Origin: an uncultured Bacteroidota bacterium
GTDB lineage: Bacteria; Bacteroidota; Bacteroidia; Flavobacteriales; Flavobacteriaceae
DNA: 64,000 bases
Reading direction: 5' to 3'
NCBI GenBank assembly: GCA_913062555.1
Contig: CAJXVU010000008.1
Location: 25,957-89,956 of the forward strand
Shown: positions 30,366-40,170 of the stretch, in pieces
How positions within the stretch are numbered: position 1 is the first letter of the stretch
Layout: every line of letters starts with the position of its first letter
Translations under genes and position numbers: made by a program
The notes under the pieces: model-generated
Seen by the model: the letters and a program-made list of their open reading frames with translations, nothing else
What the model was told of the DNA's origin: nothing
Database searches by the model: none

Positions 30366-31106
30366 CTAATTTTTGATGGGTAAAATGGTAATGTTTCCAT
30401 AGGTAGCTAAAGATATTTGGATGCCGCTCCCCCCGTTAAGCTTATAATCCATTTCATCTCTAGAGCTCAATTTTTTCAATCCTTTTTTTTGTTGATTACG
30501 TTCAATATCTAGTTGGTCATCTACTAATATATCTCCAAAAAGAGAGCTGAGTTTAAGATCTGCTTGTATAGAAGGATTTAGTTTTAAGTCTATATTCCCA
30601 TTGGTAGAAGCTAACAATCCACCGCCATTATGGTCAATTGTTATATCCCCCATATTATTAGCCTTAAACTCTATGTTGATATTTTTAGGGACTGTGAGTT
30701 TTATATGAGTACCAACCCGAAGGACTTTGTCATTGAAAGCGCCCTTTGGTTTGTAATCTGAGCCACTGTTTTTTAATACATAATGTGCTGTTAGGTTTTT
30801 AACCTTAGCAATAAAATTATGGGTCCCTCCAGAGTTATTAATTACAAGGTCAAAATTCTTGTTCTCACTATTTCCTTTACTATCTAACAAATCAACCATA
30901 ACAACTACTTTTATGGAGTCTGATTCCCAGTAATTTATCTGGACTTGATCGGCATAATCAATTTCAAAATATAGATCCTGATTCGGGATATGTTTTATAA
31001 CATGCTCTACTTTCTTAATATTGTTTTGACTATATCCCTGTTTTTGGAAGCCAATAACAATGAGTGCTGTAACAATTAAGTATTTATTTAATTTTATAAT
31101 ATTCAT
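30366..31106 (-). CDS. DUF4097-like beta-repeat protein (putative adhesin fold), secreted
   Basis: Signal peptide and repeated GDITI/GNIDL/GDILV/GNITI beta-strand motifs. It lies directly downstream of the anti-sigma gene. Confidence 0.55.
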   Translation of the reverse strand: MNIIKLNKYLIVTALIVIGFQKQGYSQNNIKKVEHVIKHIPNQDLYFEIDYADQVQINYWESDSIKVVVMVDLLDSKGNSENKNFDLVINNSGGTHNFIAKVKNLTAHYVLKNSGSDYKPKGAFNDKVLRVGTHIKLTVPKNINIEFKANNMGDITIDHNGGGLLASTNGNIDLKLNPSIQADLKLSSLFGDILVDDQLDIERNQQKKGLKKLSSRDEMDYKLNGGSGIQISLATYGNITILPIKN

Positions 31107-31108
31107 TT

Positions 31109-31918
31109 TTAAATGTTTTTAGTTTCGACAATGTCTTTATAAAGAGCCTTCATCTCAGGGCTTGTATTTTCACTGTCGTAAATTCTGTATATTTCTTTTA
31201 GTGCCGCTTCTCTATCAATTTCAATTAAAGCATCAATTAAAGTGGCTTTTACAAGGAGTTCTTTTTCTAATCTAACTGCTTTTAAAATGGCAGATTTAAC
31301 TTGAGGATTATTTTTAAATAATGTCAGTGATTTACCAGCTGCCATTCTCACGTGCATATTGTCATCATAAAGAAGTTTACTTATCAAACTTTTAATAATA
31401 TTTTCTTCTTTTAAGGTTGAAGTCTTTAAATTATTTACGGCCTGGATCCTATCGGATGCAGAAGCGCTTTTCAGTTGCAAACTCGCAACTTCTTGATTTA
31501 ATTTTTCAACTCTTTGATTGAGTACAATTTCATCTTGGTTTAATGTATTAGAACTCAACTGAAACCCAATGTAACCACTTACAATTGCAACCACCATTAA
31601 CATTGCCATTTGTCCAGTATATTTATATTGCACGATTTTGGATAGAAATGCATCAATCGATTGAAAAATTGTTTTCTTTTTTGACTTTTCTTCTAAAGTG
31701 TGCATTGACAACATATTATAGAATCCCTCTCTAAGTGAATCATCTGGAGTTTCTAGCTGTTCACTTTTTGTCAATTCCCAAATCGTTTTTATTTCATTGA
31801 AATGTTGTTGCTTTGAATCATTATTTGCAATTAGGATTTCAAAATTATTTACTTCCTCTGAAGAAAGTTCTCCTTTCAAATATTCTAAAACCAGTTGTTC
31901 AAAAATGTCATTGTTCAT
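31109..31918 (-). CDS. Single-pass anti-sigma factor with extracytoplasmic HEAT-like repeats
   Basis: 4-nt overlap with the ECF sigma gene and one TM segment (MAMLMVVAIVSGYIGFQL). The C-terminal helical repeats include DRIQAVNNL, DDNMHVRMAAGKSL and ATLIDALIEI. Confidence 0.6.
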   Translation of the reverse strand: MNNDIFEQLVLEYLKGELSSEEVNNFEILIANNDSKQQHFNEIKTIWELTKSEQLETPDDSLREGFYNMLSMHTLEEKSKKKTIFQSIDAFLSKIVQYKYTGQMAMLMVVAIVSGYIGFQLSSNTLNQDEIVLNQRVEKLNQEVASLQLKSASASDRIQAVNNLKTSTLKEENIIKSLISKLLYDDNMHVRMAAGKSLTLFKNNPQVKSAILKAVRLEKELLVKATLIDALIEIDREAALKEIYRIYDSENTSPEMKALYKDIVETKNI

Positions 31919-32457
31919 AGCTTTGAAATTTTATTATAAATTGATTTTAAATCGGTTAAAGCCCGGTGAAATCTAACCCTTGTGTTATTTTCACTTATTT
32001 CTAAGACTTTTGCGATTTCTGAGGTCGACATTTCTAAGTAAAAACTCATAATAATGAGCTCGCGTTTTTCATGATTCATTAGTGATAAGGCTTTTTTTAT
32101 CACATCGGATGATTCTCTTTCTTCGATTTCAGATACGTCATCGACTTTGAAGTTCTTGATACTTTCAATGTCTTCGCTGTGATAACTTATTTTATTCTTT
32201 TTAAAGGCATCGATTCTTGTATTTCTCGCAATCATATACATCCAAGTTCTAAATTTTTTATGCGATTTATAAGAATTCTTGTATTTAAGGATTCTGTAAA
32301 ATACATTTTGAGTTAGATCAGAACTCAAATCTTTATCTCTTGAAAATTTCAAGAAGAAATTATATAACTCCAAATGATACCGTTCAAAGAGAAGTGCAAG
32401 TCTTTCAACCTCGCCTTCTTTGACTTTTTGCATCATAAATTCATCCGATAAATTCAT
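31915..32457 (-). CDS. ECF (sigma-70 family) RNA polymerase sigma factor
   Basis: 180 aa. Region 2 reads DLTQNVFYRILKY...FRTWMYMIARN and region 4 reads EIAKVLEISENNTRVRFHRA. Confidence 0.85.
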   Translation of the reverse strand: MNLSDEFMMQKVKEGEVERLALLFERYHLELYNFFLKFSRDKDLSSDLTQNVFYRILKYKNSYKSHKKFRTWMYMIARNTRIDAFKKNKISYHSEDIESIKNFKVDDVSEIEERESSDVIKKALSLMNHEKRELIIMSFYLEMSTSEIAKVLEISENNTRVRFHRALTDLKSIYNKISKL

Positions 32458-32633
32458 TAACTAGTTTATGCCTTTAATACTGTATACTGCCTTTTTTTAA
32501 TTTCATTACAGAAATAATGAAGAAAAATAAAACATTTGAATTAAAAGGTAAGCAACTATTTCGATATTGTTGCGGAAGTTGTAATATTTGGGGCTTTTAG
32601 ATCGCCAAATTTATAAACGAAATTAAAAAATGA

Positions 32634-33254
32634 TTATAGTTTGAATAATTTGAAATTGGACTTGTGGGATATAAAGAGTATCCATATAGAAAAATCTACT
32701 AGAAATAGGCGTTGGTATAGGCCTCTGTATTCCGAATAGATACCTGTTTTGCCCATGATATAAAATAGGATAAAAGCGAGTATCCCTAAAGATAAACTTA
32801 CATAAAGCAAGGGAGAATATGTCTTTTTAAATAGTAAAATAAGCCCAATGAGAAGCATCGTTAATGCAGCAAGTATAAAAGCTGAAAACGCGGTGTAGTT
32901 ATGTCTTAGAGCTTCGGTTGACATATCTGTGAAACTACAGCCTTGATCGCAATGGAAGATACTGGCAAATAGAAAAAGAAGGCCACATAAAAACAATATC
33001 ATCCAACAAACTTTTCCAATTAAACCTAAGTTGAGATTTCTCCAAAGGTAAATTGCTAAAATCATAATGGAGGCGCCAAAAGGTAAGATTCCAAAATAAT
33101 TCATCAGGAAGGCATAAGCTGCATCTTTTGCTCCAAGCTCACTTATGTATTGAGATATGTGGGAATACTCAGGATGAAGTATCCCATTCGTCAAAACGAA
33201 AAACCAAAAGGCAAAAACTCCTACGGTTGCAATTGTTCTTAATTGTTTATTCAT
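32634..33254 (-). CDS. Multi-pass membrane protein (DUF998-like)
   Basis: 206 aa with about 6 hydrophobic segments. The family call is from recall only. Confidence 0.45.
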   Translation of the reverse strand: MNKQLRTIATVGVFAFWFFVLTNGILHPEYSHISQYISELGAKDAAYAFLMNYFGILPFGASIMILAIYLWRNLNLGLIGKVCWMILFLCGLLFLFASIFHCDQGCSFTDMSTEALRHNYTAFSAFILAALTMLLIGLILLFKKTYSPLLYVSLSLGILAFILFYIMGKTGIYSEYRGLYQRLFLVDFSIWILFISHKSNFKLFKL

Positions 33255-33484
33255 GACTATAATCTTAGGAGTTGTTGAGTTTTTATTAAAATATCAAAGG
33301 TATAATTCACATCTGTCAAGCATAGCACCAAAGTTGGAGTCCTCTAATAAATTTATATAATTTTCTTAATGTGCTTTTTACTTTGGACATCTGCTTTTTG
33401 AGCGAAGTAAGGGCTAATAAAGGTGTTTTGCGCGTTGCCCTATAGGGCGGCACCAATTTCATTCAAATAATAAGGTTAAAAAAA

Positions 33485-34639
33485 TTATCCTTGTCTTCTA
33501 AATGCACTTGGAGTTGTTCCAGTAAATTTCTTAAAGGCTTTATTAAATGATGATTTTGAGCTAAAACCAGCATCGTAGGCAATTCCTAAAATAGTATATT
33601 GATCAAACTGAGAATCTTTTAAATGTTCCTTCACCGCAATGACTCTGTATTGATTCACAAAATCAAAAAAGTTTAGTTGGAGACCTTCATTAATAACTTG
33701 CGATAATTGATAGGTAGGAAGGTTTAAAAGTTTTGCTAACTGAGGCAAAGTTAAATTCTCGTTCAAGAATGGTTTTTTAGTGTCCATTAAAAGGGTTAAT
33801 TCATCAACGAATTGTTGAATCTGGGAAGGCTGTAATCCTGAATTTGCATATTTAGTCGTACGATCTAATAAAGAGGTGTTTTCTCTTGAAATGGATTCTT
33901 CAATAACTTTATAATAGTTATGACTAATAAAAGCGGTTGTTTGTTGCAATCCAAATTGAGCGATTATTAGAAGTTGAGTTAGCATAGCTATTGATGTGAT
34001 AATAAAAGCGAGGGTGTTGCTAATTTTTCCAAGATCGGAATAGACAATAGCAAATGAAATAAGAACGGCGCTAATTATAAACGAAACGACCCAATATTGC
34101 ACCCATTTTAAGGTTATTTTATTCTCAAAGGAGAAGTTTGATTTAAGCCATCGTTGTTGAACCTGTAATATTTTTACTAATGCGAAGATGTATAAAATAT
34201 TTAACACAATCATTAGTGGTGCTAAGGCAATCACCCAAAAAGGAGTTTCGGGTTTTATGAATTTAATAAAGCCTTCTGCTTTAAAATGACCCGTTTCAAA
34301 TAGATAGAAATATCCCAATAAATATAGGACAATAGGAGATAAGTAAAAAAGAATAAGTTTCAAGCTCACGCTTCCTTTAGCTAAAGACCTTACATATAAA
34401 TAAATTAGAGGCGCATGAAATACGGGTAAGCTGCTTCCTATGGTTTGAAGCATGATTTCATCATCGAAAAATCTGTGAAAATTAATATAGAAGTAGGTGA
34501 AATGAAGAGCCATTATTAGCAGCCAACTTATTAAAAACCGGTCTGCTTGGATTTTTTCTTTTTTTTGTAACACTAAAATAGCGAGAAATAATGCCAATGC
34601 AATACCTGAAAGCGCTACAATGTCAGCAATATTTAACAT
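33485..34639 (-). CDS. Membrane-anchored AraC-family transcriptional regulator
   Basis: Multiple N-terminal TM segments and a C-terminal AraC HTH (ILGIAYDAGFSSKSSFNKAFKKFTGTTPSAFR). Confidence 0.8.
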   Translation of the reverse strand: MLNIADIVALSGIALALFLAILVLQKKEKIQADRFLISWLLIMALHFTYFYINFHRFFDDEIMLQTIGSSLPVFHAPLIYLYVRSLAKGSVSLKLILFYLSPIVLYLLGYFYLFETGHFKAEGFIKFIKPETPFWVIALAPLMIVLNILYIFALVKILQVQQRWLKSNFSFENKITLKWVQYWVVSFIISAVLISFAIVYSDLGKISNTLAFIITSIAMLTQLLIIAQFGLQQTTAFISHNYYKVIEESISRENTSLLDRTTKYANSGLQPSQIQQFVDELTLLMDTKKPFLNENLTLPQLAKLLNLPTYQLSQVINEGLQLNFFDFVNQYRVIAVKEHLKDSQFDQYTILGIAYDAGFSSKSSFNKAFKKFTGTTPSAFRRQG

Positions 34640-34715
34640 TTTTAAAAACGAAAATTGACGTGAATACTAAAACTTTAAAGCTACAAATAAATTGATGAAT
34701 ATTTTATTTACGGGA

Positions 34716-35507
34716 TTATTCATCTAATAATTGAAGTGTCACTAAGTAAGCACAATGATCGGATGCAATTGTATCTTGAATAATTTCGGTTTTAAGAACT
34801 TTCCAGCGGTGTTTTGGATAAAACATCACATAGTCAATTTTTTTAGAAGGACCATTTGATGGAAAAGTGGGTTGAGGATTTTCCTTGTTATATGACGGGG
34901 TCCATAAACGCTCTAAAATTTGCATGGTCTCACTTTTTGGTTCTGCATTTAAATCGCCGGTCAATATGCTTGGATATTGATTTTTCGAAAACACTTTGTT
35001 AATGTGATTTGCCTGCATAATTCTATTGGTTTCGAGTTTCAAATGATCTAGATGTGTACCAATAAAAGAGATGGTATCCATAGAAGGTAAAACAGTAGTG
35101 ATTTCTACAGCTGCTCGTGGTTCATCACCAGGAATATATGGGAGTGCAATATTTCTTGTTTGTAAAAAAGTATGTTTAGATAATATACCCTCGCCATATT
35201 CACCACCGTCATAATGCATCGCTCTGGCATATAATGGTGCCATTTTTGTTCGCCATCCTAATTCAGTAACAAGGTCATATTTTTTTGCCCTATTGGTTTT
35301 ATAATCTACCTCTTGGAGTGCCACAAAATCGGGATTAGCATCTGTAATTACTTTTGCAATAAGGTCTAAATTAAAATCGCCTTTTGTTGTTGCGCCATGT
35401 AATATGTTAAAAGAAAGGACTTTTATAATTTTGCTACTGTCAATTTTAGTTTGTGACCAGGTTTGTAATGTTATAAATAATAAAATTAGAATAAGTGGAG
35501 TTTTCAT
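34716..35507 (-). CDS. Secreted endonuclease/exonuclease/phosphatase (EEP) family protein
   Basis: Signal peptide; motifs SFNILHG, ALQEVD, GDLNA and SDHCAY. Confidence 0.8.
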   Translation of the reverse strand: MKTPLILILLFITLQTWSQTKIDSSKIIKVLSFNILHGATTKGDFNLDLIAKVITDANPDFVALQEVDYKTNRAKKYDLVTELGWRTKMAPLYARAMHYDGGEYGEGILSKHTFLQTRNIALPYIPGDEPRAAVEITTVLPSMDTISFIGTHLDHLKLETNRIMQANHINKVFSKNQYPSILTGDLNAEPKSETMQILERLWTPSYNKENPQPTFPSNGPSKKIDYVMFYPKHRWKVLKTEIIQDTIASDHCAYLVTLQLLDE

Positions 35508-35709
35508 TTTCCTAGGGCTTTTTGTGAAACTAAGTTAAAGATTGTAATCATAACGCACTGAGAGGCTTAAGGGGCTTTTTATTTTTATTAAGTAAAACTA
35601 GATAATCTTGAATGAAAAAAGGGTATCCTTACATAGAAAAGTTGTTAAGGGGCATGTTTTTTTTCTCAGGTAATTGGAATAATCGTAAATTCGAAAAAAA
35701 AAGTTTGCT

Positions 35710-37029
35710 ATGAGATCTATCTTATTATTTGTTGTGAGTATTTTGTGCACTGTTGTTTCAGCACAAAATTCGACGAATAACTTTGCGTCAGCATTGAATT
35801 CTATTTCAACAATTAACGCTAATAATTTTGGTGCCTTCACTTTTGGCTCAAAAAAGGCAAAGGTAATTGAAGGTTCGGTACATAAGTTTCAGACATGGGA
35901 TAATACAACAGTCATTCATACTGTTGATGGAAAAAAATTCACCATTGAGAATATTAATTTAAACTTACTGCGTAACACTTTCGAATCTAAAATATCTGAA
36001 GACTCCCTTTTTACTTTTAATTTTAATGGAATCGATAAGTTTGTTGTTAATGATAAAGTATTTAAAAATTTCTATTACAATGATGACAATCGGGTATACG
36101 AGATGGTATACGAATCAGAAGAAATGACTATAATGAAGGGTTATGATATTCAAATATTGGCAGGTTCACCAAATCCAATGTTGAATAGAAAAAATGACAA
36201 GTATATTAGAAGGCAGTCTTATTTCATTAAAGAGGATGATAATATTCGCCCATTTAAGTTAAACAATAGGGCCTTAATGAAATTGTTTAATGATGATGTT
36301 GAAAAAGTTACTGAAATTGAAAATTATATTGAAACGGATAGATTGGCTTCTAAGCAGGAGGCCATTAATTTGGGATCGACGATAAATCAGGAATTTGATA
36401 CTGGTAATAAAACATCCGCACAAGCTGTTTCAACAGGGTTGTCAAATATGAGCTCACACGGGGCTTCATTTTATTTCAGAAATCCGAAACGAATCGTCGA
36501 TGGTTCTTTTTATTTATATGAAAACTGGAAAAATAGTGCAACGATTTTTATATCAGACAATCAAAACTTTACACTTACAAATATTAACTTAAATCTCAAA
36601 CGAAATACTTTTGAAACTAAAGTTGCTTCAGACTCATTATTTACCTTTAGTTTTAACAATATTGATCGGTTTGTTGTTAATAATAAAATCTATAAGAACT
36701 ATTATTTTAACGATGATAACAGGGTGTGTGAAGTTATTTTTGAATCCGATGATTTTTCTGTATTAAAAGGATTTAAAGTAGAATTGATTGAAGGATCAGC
36801 TAATCCAATGGTAAATAGATTAAGAGATAAATATGTGCGCAAACATGATTACTTTCTTAAGAGTGAAAATACAATTAAGCCGTTTAAATTAAAGAAAAGC
36901 AGAATAATGAAATTGGTTGATGCATCTAAAACTGATCAAATATTGGAATACGTCAGGCAAAATAAGCTTTCCTTTAAAAATGAAGCCGATGTTAGGACGA
37001 TATTAGAATTCTATTTAGAGATCCGGTAA
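35710..37029 (+). CDS. Secreted hypothetical protein with an internal ~170-aa tandem duplication
   Basis: Signal peptide. The FTIENINLNLLRNTFESK...PFKLNNRALMKLF segment recurs as FTLTNINLNLKRNTFETK...PFKLKKSRIMKLV about 210 aa later. Confidence 0.7.
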   Translation: MRSILLFVVSILCTVVSAQNSTNNFASALNSISTINANNFGAFTFGSKKAKVIEGSVHKFQTWDNTTVIHTVDGKKFTIENINLNLLRNTFESKISEDSLFTFNFNGIDKFVVNDKVFKNFYYNDDNRVYEMVYESEEMTIMKGYDIQILAGSPNPMLNRKNDKYIRRQSYFIKEDDNIRPFKLNNRALMKLFNDDVEKVTEIENYIETDRLASKQEAINLGSTINQEFDTGNKTSAQAVSTGLSNMSSHGASFYFRNPKRIVDGSFYLYENWKNSATIFISDNQNFTLTNINLNLKRNTFETKVASDSLFTFSFNNIDRFVVNNKIYKNYYFNDDNRVCEVIFESDDFSVLKGFKVELIEGSANPMVNRLRDKYVRKHDYFLKSENTIKPFKLKKSRIMKLVDASKTDQILEYVRQNKLSFKNEADVRTILEFYLEIR

Positions 37030-37104
37030 ATGGTTTAAGAGTCGTTATTTTTTCGTTTACAATAAGTTTTTTATCTAAGTTGAGGTCTATACAATCCAAG
37101 GTTG

Positions 37105-37112
37105 TAACTTTG
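37105..37112 (+). promoter_or_regulatory. -7 box TAACTTTG upstream of era, with a possible -33 TTG at 37080-37082
   Basis: Exact TAnnTTTG match 23 nt upstream of the era ATG. Confidence 0.45.
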
Positions 37113-37134
37113 CGGTCTATTAAATGATTATTAT

Positions 37135-38019
37135 ATGACTCATAAAGCGGGATTTGTAAATATAATTGGTAATCCTAACGTTGGAAAATCAACATTAATG
37201 AATGCTTTTGTTGGCGAGAAATTGTCAATTATAACTTCAAAAGCACAAACCACACGACATCGGATATTGGGAATTGTGAATGGCGAAGATTTTCAAGTGG
37301 TATTATCCGATACACCAGGAATTATCAAACCTGCATACGAATTACAAGCTTCCATGATGGATTTCGTGAAATCGGCATTTGAAGATGCAGATGTTTTAAT
37401 CTATATGGTAGAAATAGGAGAAAAGGAATTAAAAGATGAAGCCTTTTTTAAAAAAATCACCAATTCAAAAATCCCAGTACTTTTATTATTGAATAAAATC
37501 GATAATTCTAATCAAGAACAATTAGAAGAACAAGCTGCACTTTGGCAAAGTAAAGTTCCAAATGCTGAGTTTTTCCCAATTTCTGCATTAGAAGGTTTTA
37601 ACGTAAAAGAAGTGTTCAACCGTATTTTAGAATTACTTCCTGAATCGCCAGCGTTTTATCCTAAAGATCAACTTACAGATAAACCTGAGCGCTTTTTTGT
37701 CAATGAAAACATTCGGGAAAAAATATTAATCCATTATAAAAAGGAAATTCCGTATGCTGTAGAGGTTGATACTGAGGAGTTTTTTGAAGAAGAAAATATA
37801 ATAAGAATTCGGTCGGTAATTATGGTGGAACGTGAAACTCAAAAAGGTATAATTATTGGACATAAAGGGAGTGCCTTAAAACGAGTTGGTGTTGAAGCTA
37901 GAAAGGATTTGGAAAAATTCTTTGGCAAACAAATTCACTTGGAACTTTATGTAAAAGTTAATAAAAACTGGAGAAGTAATCAAAACCAGTTAAAACGCTT
38001 TGGTTACAATAATCGTTAG
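37135..38019 (+). CDS. era: GTPase Era
   Basis: GNPNVGKST, DTPG and NKID motifs, with a C-terminal KH domain. 294 aa. Confidence 0.93.
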   Translation: MTHKAGFVNIIGNPNVGKSTLMNAFVGEKLSIITSKAQTTRHRILGIVNGEDFQVVLSDTPGIIKPAYELQASMMDFVKSAFEDADVLIYMVEIGEKELKDEAFFKKITNSKIPVLLLLNKIDNSNQEQLEEQAALWQSKVPNAEFFPISALEGFNVKEVFNRILELLPESPAFYPKDQLTDKPERFFVNENIREKILIHYKKEIPYAVEVDTEEFFEEENIIRIRSVIMVERETQKGIIIGHKGSALKRVGVEARKDLEKFFGKQIHLELYVKVNKNWRSNQNQLKRFGYNNR

Positions 38020-38552
38020 AGTTTTAAAGTGTCATTCATAAAATCATGCAATGCATGCATTTCTTTAGACCCGCTATCTTTACCAACACGGCCCCCAAAA
38101 TAGAGTGCAAACCATACAACAACCATTAGTAAAGTTAAAAATAACTGAATAGAATAAGGCTTACCCAATGATTGATTCGTATATGACCATATTCCGAAGG
38201 CAATAAATAACCCTGCAACGATAAAATGAAAAAACATAAACATGGTCCAAACAGTTGGGTTGGGGCCAAAAAGACCAAAAATAGTGCAATTGTTTTGGTT
38301 TTTTTTTATAATTTCTAAATGCAATTGAGGAGACCAAAAATGTTGTTTTTCCTTTGGGATTTTTATATAAACATGATCATCTACTCGTGTGATAATAAAA
38401 TTTGATTGTGTACTTTTTACCTCTTCAAATGAGCTTAAGGCACTGCTATTGCTTTGGTTAAGTTCAATTTTAAAACGAGGACGTAAAACAATCTCTTTAG
38501 TATTGGGCATTTTAGTGTTTTTAGAGATTTCAATGTACAGTTTTTTATTCAA
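38016..38552 (-). CDS. Small membrane protein, hypothetical
   Basis: Two C-terminal TM segments. Its stop codon overlaps the era stop (TTAG). The true start may be the Met at 38510. Confidence 0.5.
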   Translation of the reverse strand: MNKKLYIEISKNTKMPNTKEIVLRPRFKIELNQSNSSALSSFEEVKSTQSNFIITRVDDHVYIKIPKEKQHFWSPQLHLEIIKKNQNNCTIFGLFGPNPTVWTMFMFFHFIVAGLFIAFGIWSYTNQSLGKPYSIQLFLTLLMVVVWFALYFGGRVGKDSGSKEMHALHDFMNDTLKL

Positions 38553-38607
38553 ATGTGAAACGGTATTAATCTTTGATAAAAAAAGAGAAACCGTCAGGGA
38601 TATTCCC

Positions 38608-38615
38608 TATTTTTG
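38608..38615 (+). promoter_or_regulatory. -7 box TATTTTTG upstream of der
   Basis: Exact TAnnTTTG match about 69 nt upstream of the der ATG. Confidence 0.35.
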
Positions 38616-38683
38616 CAAAAAATTTCTGAAGAAGGAAAAAGGAAATATAGCTTTTCGAAATTTTTTTAGTTAATTTAAAGTGT

Positions 38684-39988
38684 ATGAGTAATATAGTAGC
38701 TATAGTAGGTCGTCCTAATGTTGGGAAATCAACTTTTTTTAATCGTTTAATTCAACGTAGGGAAGCCATTGTTGATGCCGTTAGTGGTGTGACCAGAGAT
38801 CGTCATTATGGTAAAAGTGATTGGAATGGAAAGGAATTTTCATTAATCGATACAGGAGGATATGTCCTTGGTAGTGATGATGTTTTTGAATCTGAGATTG
38901 ATAAACAAGTAGAATTGGCTATAGATGAAGCCGATGCTATTATATTCATGGTGGATGTAGAATCTGGTGTGACCGGCATGGATGAAGATGTAGCAACATT
39001 ACTTCGCAAGGTGAATAAACCCGTGTTTTTAGTAGTTAATAAAGTTGATAATGGTAAGCGAGAAGAAAATGCAGTGGAGTTCTATTCACTTGGTTTAGGT
39101 GAGTATTATACCATTGCAAGTATTAATGGAAGTGGTACGGGAGATTTATTAGACGCTTTAGTGGAAGCATTACCAGAAAAAGAAGAAGTTGTAGAAGAGG
39201 AGTTGCCAAGGTTTGCTGTTGTTGGACGTCCAAATGCAGGAAAGTCATCATTCATTAATACCTTAATTGGGGAGGATAGATATATCGTTACAGATATCGC
39301 CGGGACAACCCGTGATTCTATAGATACGAAATACAATAGATTTGGATTTGAGTTTAATTTAGTAGATACTGCTGGAATTAGACGAAAAGCAAAAGTTAAG
39401 GAAGATTTAGAATTCTATTCTGTAATGCGAAGTGTTCGTGCCATAGAACATAGTGATGTGTGTTTATTAGTATGTGATGCAACCCGAGGTTTTGACGGTC
39501 AAGTACAAAATATATTTTGGTTGGCACAACGCAATCGCAAAGGGGTTGTTATTTTAGTTAATAAATGGGATTTGGTAGAAAAGGATACTAAAACCACGAA
39601 AGAATTTGAGAAATATATCAGACAACAAATGGAGCCTTTTACAGATGTGCCCATTGTGTTTATTTCAACATTGACTAAACAACGTATTTTTAAAGCCATT
39701 GAAACGGCTGTTGAAGTCTATAAAAATAGAACTAAACGTATTAAAACAAGTGTGCTTAATGATGTGCTATTGCCTATTATTGAGAACAACCCGCCACCTG
39801 CAAATAAAGGAAAATTTGTTAAGATTAAATACATTATGCAGTTGCCTACACCGCAGCCGCAATTTGCGTTTTTCTGTAACCTACCACAATATGTAAAAGC
39901 ACCATATATGCGCTTTCTAGAAAACAAACTACGTGAACATTTTGATTTTCATGGCGTGCCGGTAAGTGTGTATATGCGTAAGAAATAG
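38684..39988 (+). CDS. der: Ribosome-associated GTPase Der (EngA)
   Basis: Two tandem G domains (GRPNVGKST and GRPNAGKSS) plus a KH-like C-terminus. 434 aa. Confidence 0.93.
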   Translation: MSNIVAIVGRPNVGKSTFFNRLIQRREAIVDAVSGVTRDRHYGKSDWNGKEFSLIDTGGYVLGSDDVFESEIDKQVELAIDEADAIIFMVDVESGVTGMDEDVATLLRKVNKPVFLVVNKVDNGKREENAVEFYSLGLGEYYTIASINGSGTGDLLDALVEALPEKEEVVEEELPRFAVVGRPNAGKSSFINTLIGEDRYIVTDIAGTTRDSIDTKYNRFGFEFNLVDTAGIRRKAKVKEDLEFYSVMRSVRAIEHSDVCLLVCDATRGFDGQVQNIFWLAQRNRKGVVILVNKWDLVEKDTKTTKEFEKYIRQQMEPFTDVPIVFISTLTKQRIFKAIETAVEVYKNRTKRIKTSVLNDVLLPIIENNPPPANKGKFVKIKYIMQLPTPQPQFAFFCNLPQYVKAPYMRFLENKLREHFDFHGVPVSVYMRKK

Positions 39989-40010
39989 TAAAATTTAAAA
40001 AATATTGTAT

Positions 40011-40042
40011 GCCAGATGTGACTAACATCTGGCATTTTTTTT
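40011..40042 (+). terminator. Rho-independent terminator after der
   Basis: The stem gccagatgt (40011-40019) pairs with acatctggc (40025-40033) and is followed by a T8 run. Confidence 0.8.
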
Positions 40043-40170
40043 GAGACAAATTGTTAAATATGCAGTCATAACAGTATGGATCGAGAAACTTTATGTTTTT
40101 TTTAAGAAAATTCATACGTTAACTATTTTACCTTCGGTTCCATTAATACTATTAACCACCAATCAGTAAC

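Noticed and set aside
35598-35840. 80-aa minus-strand ORF overlapping the start of the 35710 gene
   Set aside because: It has no motifs and overlaps the signal-peptide-encoding start of a better-supported gene and its promoter region.
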